Part shown: positions 52,101 to 64,000 of the stretch, in pieces | Position numbering within the stretch: position 1 is the stretch's first letter | Layout: the number at the start of each line of letters is the position of its first letter | From: Lytechinus pictus | Lineage: Eukaryota | Direction: 5' to 3' | Length of the DNA: 64,000 bases | Assembly (NCBI RefSeq): GCF_037042905.1 | Contig: NC_087252.1 | Coordinates: 15,936,001 to 16,000,000 of the forward strand | Translations under genes and position numbers: made by a program | The notes under the pieces: generated by a model | Told to the model about the DNA's origin: nothing | What the model saw: the letters and a program-made list of their open reading frames with translations, nothing else | The model's database searches: none

Positions 52101-54690
52101 AATTGAGGTTATAATAAATTAATAAATATGTATAAATATATAAATAAAAGAATAAATAAATAAATAAATAAATGACCCCCTCCCCAACAAGCTTTCTATT
52201 ATTTTGCTTCTGTTGTTTTATGCATTTTCTTGATTTTTTTTTTTTTTTTTTTTGGGGGGGGGCAAGTTTCCCCTCCCCCTCACTTCCATGCATCTTCTAT
52301 CAAAAGGCTTATGTCAGTGTCCGTAGCTCATTTTCCAAATTTTAGAATGTAGAAGGCGTTGTTTCAAGCAACTGCGGTCTCTTTGATCAGTTAATTGAAC
52401 AGTTCATTAGACCAGAAATTAAAATAGATCGGTCAATAACCATTTGCATGGGCTAAAAAAATTTATCTGTGGAGAATGATGTTTGAAATACTAAAAGAGT
52501 AGGTTCTTTAAGTTCACATTTTAATTCTTAAAGCTCATTTCATCACATGTATTGCCATGTTGGGAAATGCAGTCGCACGACCATTATGACAAACAAATCT
52601 AAAGGCTAATGACCAGCGTCCAGCGCAGATATTGTAATATATAGATTGCATTTCCCAAATTGGCATTGGCAATACATACATGTATGTCCAGGGCTGCCCA
52701 AGGTCGGGCTGTCCGGCCCCCGTCTTAGACTACGATATATAACAGCATGGACCTATGGTAATAGCAAACGCGAAAACTGTAATGAAGCAAAATGAATTAA
52801 ATGAAAATTATAACTTGCAATGCAAAAGACCAAATAACATTTATTATTCATATTTTCACATAATAATTATAGCAGCAGAACATTAGAAACAACTGAAACT
52901 AATAATTATTCACAAAAGCGCCATTCATGTGATAATAAAATAATAAGCTCATCGAACCTAAATGACGTATAACCTTGATCATGTGAACTGAAATTTGTGC
53001 AAAATGATCCATGATACTTTAATACCCTTATATTCAAGTTTAATCATGAACTGGATCAATAAAATTCAAAAGTTATGATGACATTAAGAAAAAATACCCC
53101 CATATGGCCAAAGTTCAGTGACTCTAAATGACCTTTGACCTTAATCATGTGATCTAAAACTTGTGCAAGACGATCAGTAATACCTGAATACTGTTATAAG
53201 TGTCATTAATTTTTTTCTATACGTTCAAAGTTATAACGAAATTTCGAAAACGTAACCTTGGTTAAGATTTCAAGGTTGATATGACGCTGTTATATAAAAA
53301 CTACCGTCGCCTCCGCCGGAAAAGTGGCTCCTTTAGTCCTGCTCTACTATGCATGCAGGCGAGACAAAAATAGGTATTGAAATAGCAAGAAGATCGAACT
53401 CTACAAAGGTAAACATAATCCTATATAATATCATGATGAGTATCGCACTGATTAATATCAGTATGTGCAATATAGATGTAATATTGTGCGCTGTTTGTAT
53501 TTTATCAGAAATGCGCATCCGATAAATGTGCATTGTTATCTTTCGCATTTATAACATGAAATGGTATATCTTGCATCTTATTTCAACATTTGTTTTCACT
53601 ATATGTGCCATGACAACAATTATTATTTATTTATTCGGTTAGCGCTAAAATTGACGAAATTGAGATGAGGAACCCCAACATTCTACTATTGATGGTTTTC
53701 ACAAACTATTATTTTTAGTAAATCACGATTTTATATTTCATATTGCCATATATGTGTGTGTAATATTCCAAATTGAAATGCATATTTATGAGACTTATAA
53801 TTTAAAACTCTGAATAAAAATAATTCCATATCAAAGATAACCAAAAATATGATGATAATCCGTCAAAATATCAAAATGCGTGATTTTCAGCAGTCTTTCA
53901 AATTTTACGCAAAAAATTATACTTTCACGCAAAAGTGCACTTGGCATCCGCCCGTACGTTATTCCTCAGGATTTCCGCAAGACTTTTAGCTGGGATGCAA
54001 AGAATTGACAAATTGTGCTATCCAATTAAAAACTCGCTTTAGAATGCACTTATACATGTAATTAAAAACTCGCTTTAGTATGTACTCATACATGTAATTA
54101 TGTACATAATGTACGGTATTTTCAATTTTTCTTTCAAAATGCGCACCTTGTAAAATGCACATTGTCTCATTTCGGATAACATAAGGTGAGATATCTTCCA
54201 TCTTACTTGAAAATTCTTTTAATATTTGTGACATTAGGATATTTACTATACATTTGATGGATAAACGCAGTTAAATCCAAGAATTTAAGCTGCGTAAAAA
54301 AACTTCAAACTATTGATAGTTTTCACAAACTTTTATTTTGAGGAAATCGCGGTTTTATGTTTCCCTGTGCCATATGTGTGTGTGTAATATTCAAATTTGA
54401 AATGCATATTTATGAGACTTATAATTTGAAACTCTGAATAAAAATAATTGCATATCAAAGATAATCAAAAATATGATGATAATCCGTCAAAATATCAAAA
54501 TGCGTGATTTTCGACATTCTTTCAGTTTTTACGCTAAAAATGATACTTTCACGCAAAATTGCGCTTGGCATCCGGCCGTATGCTATTCCTGGGTATTTTT
54601 GCAAGACTTTTAGCTGGGATGCCAAGCATTAACAAATTTTGCCGTCGAATCCTTATCTAGAGCACTTTTTTACTTTTGGCCGGTCTACTA
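49200..54690. mobile_element. Academ-like non-autonomous foldback with ~1-kb TIRs
   Basis: ata|tagtagaccggccaaaa ... ttttggccggtctacta|ata (TAG..CTA, 3-bp TSD). Arms ~49200-50315 and ~53686-54690 are built of ~620-bp sub-repeats. Confidence 0.8.
51276..51482 (-). mobile_element. tRNA-derived SINE
   Basis: Minus strand ggcgcgaTAGCTCAATCGG...GGTTCGATTTCC head, short body, (GCTT/GGTT)-type repeat tail. Confidence 0.75.
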
Positions 54691-54735
54691 ATACCGGTAC
54701 TAGCATTTTTTTTCCTATTTTGCTGTCTGTAAGAT

Positions 54736-56782
54736 CAGGGTTGCCAACTGGCCTTTTTTCCGGCCAGATTCCCGAAATCTGGCCGTAAAAAAAGTAGCTT
54801 GGCCGTGAAAAAAAAAAATTTCACGGCCAAAGAAATTTGGCCGTATTCTGGCCGTAAAACAGAAATCTTGGCCGTGAGTTTTCATTTCTGGCCTTTTTCA
54901 TAATCAGATAGAAAAATTGATCAGAAAATCACTTTAAATAGGTCTGTGTCATAGAGATGTAGCGTTATTAGTATACATCTCTATGGTCTATATACAAATG
55001 CAGTCAGGTCTACGCACGCATGTGCCACGGCGCGGCGTGTACTTTGCATGGATTAAGCCCTGATCTAGCTAACGCTACGGTACGGCGCGGTATAGATATA
55101 CCATGAAGCTTAAAGGAGAATGAAACCCTTGAAACCAGCTGAATCCATATCAAAGAGAAAAATCAAAGAAACATATTGTTGAAAGTTTGAGGAAGATTGA
55201 ATGAATAATAAGAAAGTTATGAGCATTTGAATATTGAGATCACTAATGACATGTAGTTCCTCTCATTGGCAATGCGACCAAGATCTGTGATGTCACACAC
55301 GTACAACTCCCTCATTACTTTAGTACTTATTTCACTTATATTCTCACTTTTATAGAGTCTATCACAAGGTGAGGTGTTCTCTTTATGAGAGGACAAGTAC
55401 AGAGGTTTCACAACATTATATCATTGATGAATCGTTTGTCATATGATTAGAATGAGCAAAAAGAGATGTTTTGGGGTATATTTTCAGTGTCCAAAATGGG
55501 AGAGTTGTTCATCTGTGACATCATAGATCTTGGACACATTGCCAATGAGAGGATCTCCATAGCATTAGTGATCTCGACATTCAAATGCTCATAACTCTTC
55601 TATTGCTAGTCCTATTTTACTCAAAATTTTGTTGATCTTATTCTCTGATTTTTCTGCTTTCACAAAAGCTAACTTGCTCCAAGAGTTTCATTCTCCTTTA
55701 ATAGCTTCATGGATATACAGCATGCATTCTCAAAACGCGCGATTAGTTGCGTGTGGGGGAGGGGATTCTTATTTTTATTTGGCAACCAGTCACCATCATC
55801 ATATTTTCGCCATCATATATATTATCTTATTAACGTTTGTTTTCTTTAATAAAAAAGTAATTGAATAAAGTAAAATTCAAATATTTAGTTCTTTTTCCTT
55901 TCTTTTTTTTTCTTTTCTACGTCTTTTTTTTCTCTCTTCTTTTTTTTATAGGATATATACTAGGATTTAAAATCGAGTAGGTGTGTCTCACAATGTAAAA
56001 TCAGGGCTTTTACTAAAAATATGTGATAAAAATATGCCTACTAGTATGCAAGTAGGATGGAGATCGATGACAGAGAAAGAAATTAGGAAAATCACAGCTC
56101 CAACAGGGGCGGATCCAGCTTATCTGAAGGCTGTACATGTTTGGTTAGTCATGACCATATAAAGATGTAATTGCAAAATAAACAGTGTTTGGCTATATAA
56201 TGTGATTAAAAGTAATCAAAAGCAGCCCAACCTTTACATATTACGTTTTCTATTTTTTTCAGTTTTCTTCTTTCTCAATACTTCCTCAACTATAATTTTC
56301 TCTCTCTCTCTTTTTTTGTCGTGAGTTTGAAAATCCCCCATGAAGCTTGGCATATAATTATTGGCAAAACAAAACAAAACAAAAAAGCTCAATCTTTTAA
56401 ATGCTCCTCGAATATAGCTGGTATGAACTAGATCGAAATGCATGGTGCTTTCATCGGCCGTTTTCCTCGAGTCGATAGTCACCATAGATATACTAATAAC
56501 GTAATTAGTATACATCTCTATGATAGTCACCAATGTACTGACTTTGCGAACTATTCTCCGCTTCAGCACCCGTTTCGCACGGTTTACATGAGATCTAACT
56601 TTTTTTAAAGTATGCAGGCTCTATTAGGGAAGCACATAGCATCATTAATTGAGTATAGGGGTATGTCTAATTTTTTCCTAATGTAGATAAAATTTGGCCG
56701 TGAAAAAAAATTGTTTGGCCGAATTTGGCCGCAAAATCTGTTGAGTTTGGCCGTGAAGACTAGCGACGATCTGGCAACCCTG
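54736..56782. mobile_element. hAT-like non-autonomous element
   Basis: tgtaagat|cagggttgcca ... tggcaaccctg|tgtaagat (perfect 8-bp TSD); tggccgt subterminal repeats. Confidence 0.9.
55114..55697. mobile_element. Kolobok-like MITE
   Basis: ttaa|aggagaatgaaac ... gtttcattctcct|ttaa. Confidence 0.85.
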
Positions 56783-58518
56783 TGTAAGATACCGCCACAC
56801 ACGTACTGAGAACTACTGGTAGTGGTTCAAAGCAGACAAGAAAAACACCTGAACAAAATCGCAAATTTCTCGTATCTTGAACCTTCCCGTATTCCCTTGT
56901 CTAAAATTCATGTCAAGACATTGAATGCTAGACAGAATTCTGAAAGCAAAAGTGGGGCTGTGATGCAGGAAATATGATATGAACGATCTTCTCGTATGGG
57001 TGAGCCCCCATGTTGATGCTGGTATCGGTACTTGCAATGAACACCGGTACCATATGTGTGTGTGTGAGGTGACTCGAAGTGTGGAAGTGGCCAATAATAT
57101 CGGCAACTTGCAGATAAGTGACGAAGCGCTGATTTCCCATCATTTTTTACCAGTAATTCTTCGATATTTTTTGGTTCTTGACTCTTTCTTAAATACGCAT
57201 ATTAGAGATAGAAAGTAAGTTTGATTAAATTTTTTTTTTAATGATTTTTTTATTTATTTTTTTTCCATCCGAAAATGGGGGGTGCGGTTAATACACGGGT
57301 GCGGTTAATACACCGTTACTTACGGTACTGTACGTATGGTCCCTCCCCTAACGCCTGGGAGCCTAAGCTATATTCCCACACGCACGGGTACAAAACCTGA
57401 AACTTTCGCCCCCGAGATTTCTACTTTCCCTCTAAAAGATCTAGCCCTAAAACATGTACATGGAGTTAAACTTCATTCCCAACATTTCTGCGATATTGAT
57501 TACATTTTTAAAGAAGAATTCTTGAAAAAAAAAACGAGAAAAATGTTATGAAAAGATGAGAGAGCTTACGGCCGTGTTTACGTCGCCATCTTGATTTCTT
57601 TGTCTTCCGCTTGGCGACAGCACGCAATACGGCCGTGTTTACGTCGCCATCTTGATTTCTTTGTCTTCCGCTTGGCGACAGCAAGCAATCGCGTGCTGAT
57701 TGCGTGCTGAGGGCAAGTAGAAATCTCGGGGGCGAAAGTTTCAGGTTTTGTACCCGTGCGTGTGGGAATATAGCTTAGGCTCCCAGGCGTTAGGGGAGGG
57801 ACCATACGTACAGTATATGTCTTTCACTCCCCAGACGCCTCCAGGCTAGAAACGACCCCCAGTATTACCAGAGGCGGTACGCCGGCCCGTGCCGCGTTGA
57901 ACTTACGGTACCCGCAAACCATGGCATTGCCACTACTACACAGTTGCATTGTTGGCATCGCACAATCGTAAGCGCTAGTTTCCAATCTCTCTTTAACAAA
58001 TCAGACTCTTCTTTAAACTACAACCACAAGGAGCTTACCACATAATGAACTTTAGGCTGTTCCCAAATATAGTCCTACCAGGTTAACGCATAAAAAAGCA
58101 CGAAATTGGTGTTTCTCTGCCGGAGACGACTCAGTCGATCTGCCATGTTATCTCATTAGCCCTCTACGTTCATCTGCATCCAGGGGCGTCTAGGCTAGCT
58201 AGCTAGCTAGCTGTGCTGCGCATGCGCTGCATGCAGGCCAGGCAGCAGGGGATTCCCCTGATGGCCTTATGATACAACCCAGGGGGGGGGGGGGTTGCAG
58301 AAAAGTTATCATCAATCATGATAACTTTGCCATCCAGTAATTAACTTCCCTGAAATTTTCATTTTGATTGGCTTTCAAGGATTGTTGACGTGGTATTGGC
58401 GATCATGGTAATTATTTCTCCTTTCGATGGTCGCGATATGATCGCACACACTAAATCTATAGAGTGCGTCCAAAGAAAAAACGAAACCGAGATTTAGCGA
58501 TGATTTATCATAACTTAA

Positions 58519-59113
58519 AGGAGAATGAAACTCTTGGAGCAAGTTAGCTTTTGTGAAAGCAGAAAAATCAAAGAATAAGATCAACAAAAGTTTGAGTAAA
58601 ATAGGACTAGCAATAGAAGAGTTATGAGCATTTGAATGTCGAGATCACTAATGCTATGGAGATCCTCCCATTGGCAATGCGACCAAGATCTATGATGTCA
58701 CAGATGAACAACTCTCCCCTTTTGGACACTGAAAATATACCCCAAAACATCTCTTTTTGCTCATTCTAATCATATGACAAACGATTCATCAATGATATAA
58801 TGTTGTGAAACCTCTGTACTTGTCCTCTCATAAAGAGAACACCTCACCTTGTGATAGACTCTATAAAAGTGAGAATATATAAAGTGAAATAAGTAGTTAA
58901 GTACTAAAGTAATGAGGGAGTTGTACGTGTGTGACATCACAGATCTTGGTCGCATTGCCAATAGGAGGATCTACATGGCATTAGTGATCTCAATATTCAA
59001 ATGCTCATAACTTTCTTATTATTCATTCAATCTTCCTCAAACTTTTAACAATATGTTTCTTTGATTTTTCTCTTTGATATGGATTCAGCTGGTTTCAAGG
59101 GTTTCATTCTCCT
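58519..59113. mobile_element. Kolobok-like MITE, same family as 55114-55697, opposite orientation
   Basis: TTAA TSD confirmed by the empty site cataacttaatcataa in units 1 and 2. Confidence 0.9.
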
Positions 59114-59914
59114 TTAATCATAAATACAATATAGACAAATGACCTACCAATTATGTAAAGCTTAGAAGGATTGTTGACATTGTATTAGCGATCAAACTCA
59201 TTTCAAAAAGAAAATCACATGCCTAAAAAGTTCAATATCTGCTCTTTTATTTGATACCTAATCACAGATGGTCAAGAAGTAAAAAAAAGTGATGTTCCCT
59301 CGAAGCAATGCTTGTATGTCCATAATTTCATTAAATAAACGTGTTTTCACCGGTTTCCCACAGAAGCATTCGCACGGTTAACAAAAGACTTACGGCATGG
59401 CTGATTGTCAACAAAACGGAGTGTCAAGTGAGTTTGAAAGCTAGCCTGTAGAACCGTCAAGCCTTATTTAAAATAACCAGAACATTGTTATTTCTGGACC
59501 ATTTTCTGTAATTGAGGAATCAAATTAAAGAGCAGATATTGAACTTTTTTTAAATGTGGTTTTCTTTTTGAAACCCAGATACAGCCCGCCAAATGACTTT
59601 TTGGTATTCCCTCTTCAAATTGTTTTTGCTCTCTCATGCGTGAATGTGAAATAATCTAAGTGATTTCAGATGAAAGAAGAAATTCTAAGCTTTACATTGA
59701 TAGGTCTTTTGTCTATTGTCTTTGTAAATAAGCTATAATAAATCATCGCTAAATCTCGGTTTCGTTTTTTCTGGGACGCACTGTATAAAGATGAGATCAT
59801 CATTCAAAATATATACATGCAAAGAGGGGGGGGGGGGGACCTTCAAGGAGCTGAGCTTGTCCCAAAAGGAGTACATGGCATGATATTTTAACAAGTTTAA
59901 GAGAGATTAAAGGT

Positions 59915-60896
59915 AACAAGTGGAATGCCTCTGGCCGTCTCACCTGCATCACGCGATTCAATATAGCAGCAGTGCTGATTTTGAAAACTACTATGACTCG
60001 CACAAGATGTTCAGTGATACTTGGTTACTCTTATTTCCACGTTTTATGAACTAGACCAATACACTTAAAGAGATATGATGGCAATTCAACAAATACATGT
60101 ACATGTACCAGCAACGTGGCCAAAGTTCTTTGACCTTACATGACCTTTGACCTTGATCATGTGACCTGAAACTCGCACAGGATGTTCAGTGATACCTGAT
60201 TACTCTTATGTCCAAGTTTTATGAACTAGACCAACACACTTTCAAATTTATGGCTGTAATTCAACAAATACCCCAATTTGGCCAAAGTTCATTGACCCTA
60301 AATGACCTTTGACCTTGATCATGTGACCTGAAACTTGCACAGGATGTTCAGTAATACTTGATTACTATTATGTCCAAGTTTCATGAATCAGATCTATAAA
60401 CTTTCAAAGTTATGATGGTAATTCAACAGATACCCCCAATTTGGCCAAAGTTCATTGACCCTAAATGACCTTTGACCTTGGTCATGTGACGTGAAACTCA
60501 TGCAGGATGTTCAGTGATACTTGATTAACCTTATGTATAAGTTTCATGAACTAGGTCCATATATTTTCTAAGTTATGATGACATTTCAAAAACTTAATCT
60601 TAGGTTAAGATTTTGATGTTGATTCCCCCAACATGGTCTAAGTTCATTGACCCTAAATGACCTTTGACCTTGGTCATGTGACATGAAACTCAGGCAGGAT
60701 GTTCAGTAATACTTGATTAACCTTATGGCCAAGTTTCATGAACTAGGTCCATATACTTTCTAAGTTATGCTGTCATTTCAAAAACTTAACCTCAGGTTAA
60801 GATTTGGTGTTGACGCCGCCGCCGCCGCCGCCACCGCCGCCGTCGCCGTCGGAAAAGCGGCGCCTATAGTCTCACTCTGCTATGCAGGTGAGACAA
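59915..60896 (-). mobile_element. HINE/Helentron-like element with ~160-bp internal tandem repeats (fragments also ~32360-32605 and ~52950-53370)
   Basis: SubTIRs gtctcacctgca / tgcaggtgagac and a (GCC)n tract. Inserted in an A5 run; empty site ggtaaaaacgacc is seen in units 1 and 2. Confidence 0.8.
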
Positions 60897-62648
60897 AAAC
60901 GACCTAGTAAAGAACTGCATAAAATTATGTGAGACGGTGTGAGGGAATATGTACAATTAAGCCATAACGGAGATGATATCTACAAAGGGAAAAGGGGGAC
61001 GAAGGATGGATCGAGAGGGAGAGAAAACTTTGGACACAAAACAAAATAACGAGAAAAGTGAAAGGCTTAGGAAAGAAAATCCCTTGCCATGGTCCCAGGT
61101 AGCGGATAGGAAGAAAGAAAGAAAAGGAGTGATAGAAAGGGAAAACAATGCCATCGGAATTAAAGTTTGTTAATTGAATAAGGGCCAGCCTAGCTAGCTG
61201 GAAAAAGAGGGTATAGACAACAAAGCTAAGGAAATAATAATTAAGAAACAGGTCATAGGACATTGTATTTATTTTAGATTTTGTCAACATAATAACTCGG
61301 TTGAGCACAGAGACATATAGGAATTAAGCGAATTCCAATTTATACTTGCATGCATGGGACCAGTAGAGGCATGGGCGGAAATCCCAGGGGGACAGGGGGG
61401 AAGTGTCCCCCCTACTATTTTTAGTAGGGGGGACAATATCAAATGTCCCCCTACTATTTTTGGTCTTTTATGATGGTAAGAAGTACATCATTCTAAATCG
61501 AAATAAAACATGTATTTTGGGACGAGATGACCTTACTTTGGAGATGATAATCCGTTTTGCTTGTCAAATTTACCCGCCCGCTGTCCCCATTGGCAGATCC
61601 AGGGGCCCCGCCCCCCCCCCCATCTCTTGGCGGAGCAAAAAAAAAGAAAAAAAGGGAAAGAAAGAAGGAAAAAGGGGGGAAAAGAGAGGAGAAAAAGAAG
61701 AGGACGACGATTGCAAAAAATGAGGGAAAGACTTGGAAAATAAAAAGAATCTTTCGTGCCACTATATCAAATTTTCTCTTCCGCTTCGCGCTCGCATTGC
61801 CTGTTAGATGATTTACATATCTTGTTCAATATGGAGTTCGAATATCAAGTTTGGAAGTCAATATACAAAACATATTTCACCTCGGAAGTCGAACTTTCAT
61901 TATTTTGCGTAATTTACAAATTGGTTTTTAAAAATGTCAGTTTTATGGTCTGAATGATAACATTTGCTGCTTGCGCTGCGCGCTCGCAAATTTTGATTTA
62001 TCAGGTACCTATTATTTTCGTGTATTCCATAAAGTTTTCAAAATATCCCTTTTCAAGTCTGATTGTCAAGACGTATCAACTAGCGCGCTGCACGCTCGCA
62101 TCTTGATTGGCGAGTTATATAAATGTTTCAATATTGATTATTCAACAAACTACTTAAAAACCCCTTTTCATGAGTTTATCAAAAATTTTAGCTCGCGATT
62201 TGCGCTCGCATTAATGATTAAAATATATTAACTGATGCATCCTATTAATAATCACAAAAGTGAAATGTCCAGTTTTTATGCCATGATATCATCAGATTTC
62301 GCGCCCTCATTAGGCATTAATAGATATACTAATTTAATAATTAAATTGTTCCTTTTGTTTCATCTCGCGCTTAGCAAGAGGAATAAGAAGATAGTCATTA
62401 TTTTTATAATATGATGACATGTCGTAAGGATGTCCCGGTCTATGTCAAAACTCAGAGTAAAAAGTGCGATCCATATCCACCTTACAATTTTTCTACAAAG
62501 TGCGTGAAATATAAAGCTGAAATTGACTCTTTTTTTCAGACCGGAATATCAAAGTTTCATGATTTTTATGATTAAAGTTGTATTTAAAATGGCTAGATTC
62601 TAGGTCTAAATATGAAACACGCTCGCGCATGTTTATTCGGTTACAGCC

Positions 62649-62798
62649 CGATAGACCGCGGGTCCGATAGACCGCGGGTCCGATAGTCCGCGGGTCCGAT
62701 AGACCGCGGGTCCGATAGTCCGCGGGTCCGATAGACCGCGGGTCCGATAGACCGCGGGTCCGATAGTCCGCGGGTCCGATAGACCGCGGGTCCGATAG
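62649..62798. repeat. 16-bp GC-rich minisatellite (ccgatag[a/t]ccgcgggt), ~9 copies
   Basis: Direct reading of tandem units. Confidence 0.9.
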
Positions 62799-64000
62799 TT
62801 CTGCGGTGTGTGTAAAATTATGATCAGGATATAGTGAGATCCAATGTCATCAAGAGGTCAAAAGGCCAATGATACGAGTCCATGGGGTTCTATAACGATG
62901 ACCCAACGGACAATCGCCCCCTGACATCTACTTCAAGGAAAATATTATCCCCATATTTTTATCGTCAGGGATTGTTACCCCCCCCCCCCGGAAATTTACC
63001 CTCTAGACGCCATACGGAGCCTCTAAAATGCCATCGACTTGACGACATGGCGAGATACTTTACCTTGCCTTGTCGACTAAATAAGTTACATGTCAACATG
63101 GCGATATATCGGGACTTGTACACTTCATATCTCGCCATGTGGACATATCGACTTGACAAGATAGAATATATAGCTATGTCGAAATAATAAGCGTATTAAT
63201 TACTTAGGCGGTGGAGGCGGGGGGAGGGGGGGACCTTTCCCCCATAAATTTAAGGTGGGGGACGGTCCCCCTAGATTTTTAGTTGAGAACCCTTTTTTTG
63301 GTTGTCAATTTGTTTTCTACGTCCCCCCCCCCTAAATTGAGGTGGACCCCCACTAAAATATTTTTGCCAACCCCCCCCCTAATTTTGGTTGATAACCTTT
63401 TTTTTCTTGTCAAAAAATTTTGGTGGTCCCTCCTATAAATTTTGGTTGATTTGCTTGTCAAATTTTTTACCTGTGTCCATCCCAAAATTTCATGTGGACC
63501 CCCCTATTTTTTTTTTCTTCCGCCGCCAAAGATTAATTAAGACATGGCAAGATAAAGTACCACGCCATGTCGTCATGTTGATGGCATTTTCAAGGCTCCG
63601 TACTAGGGGTAATTATCCAAGGTAATTCGACCTTTTTTTGGCGCCCATGTGTACTTTTTTGAAAAATGGCGCCCACTCCCTCCCGGTCAGGCTAACTTAA
63701 GTGCCTTAAATGGATTTTGAATTATCTTATAATCACATAAAAAAAAAAAAGGCCACTTTTTCATCTGTTCTTGAAAAAAAAAATCCATGAATATATAATG
63801 TAATATAAATGGGAGCGCGAAGCACGAGCGATTTTTTTTTTTTTTTGGGGGGGGGGGTTCAATTTGGTTTAACTTGTAACCAGAGTAGGCCCTACTAGAA
63901 TATTGTGTGAACGGGAGCTGTAGTTTCTGTACTGTTGTTTTAGAATACCCTTCAATAACCTCTTGCTTGGGAATAATGCAATCTCGAAGCAATCGACAAA

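Larger units (their letters stand above)
48547..57325. mobile_element. pogo/Tigger-like element (CCGTA ends, TA TSD), 8.8 kb with nested insertions
   Basis: Perfect 28-bp TIR ccgtaagtaacggtgtattaaccgcacc; absent at the homologous site in units 1 and 2. Confidence 0.85.
37458..61031. repeat. Tandem segmental triplication, period 4083-4084 bp; third copy expanded to ~15.4 kb
   Basis: Units start at 37458, 41541 and 45625. Identical ORF-track peptides are offset by 4084. The third copy ends at gagagaaaacttt 61019-61031. Confidence 0.95.

Noticed and set aside
39493..57805. Identical MVPPLTPGSLSY... peptides on both strands
   Set aside because: Artefact of MITE terminal inverted repeats
62649..62798. 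CRISPR-like appearance of short regular repeats (also 21470-21770)
   Set aside because: Head-to-tail tandem units without unique spacers, no cas genes, eukaryotic context

Overview
Eukaryotic, AT-rich, repeat-saturated window. The repeat families suggest a marine invertebrate, probably a sea urchin (inference). One host gene is visible: a minus-strand multi-C2H2 zinc-finger gene. Its large terminal exon (acceptor at 2803) encodes 26 fingers, ends at a GGA>TGA stop at 525-527, and is followed by decaying fingers. Upstream lie three tandemly duplicated 81-nt phase-1 cassette exons (30454-30534, 30249-30329, 26913-26993), each encoding a SUMO-type psi-K-x-E plus acidic motif. The rest is nested mobile DNA: a 5'-truncated but open CR1/L2-group LINE RT ORF; a near-perfect 1.3-kb palindrome with minimal hammerhead-like motifs (Penelope-like); a Transib-like element with RSS-like ends; Helentron/HINE elements; hAT-, Kolobok-, Academ-, pogo/Tc1- and CACTA-like non-autonomous elements; a TU-like foldback; an AcademH-type RecQ helicase relic; a tRNA SINE; and tiny P-element-like remnants. 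37458-61031 is a triplicated 4.08-kb unit. Its third copy is expanded to about 15 kb by insertions whose empty sites are visible in copies 1 and 2, and the unit carries a candidate promoter/first exon. All coordinates were read by eye, and superfamily calls rest on termini/TSD signatures rather than database searches.
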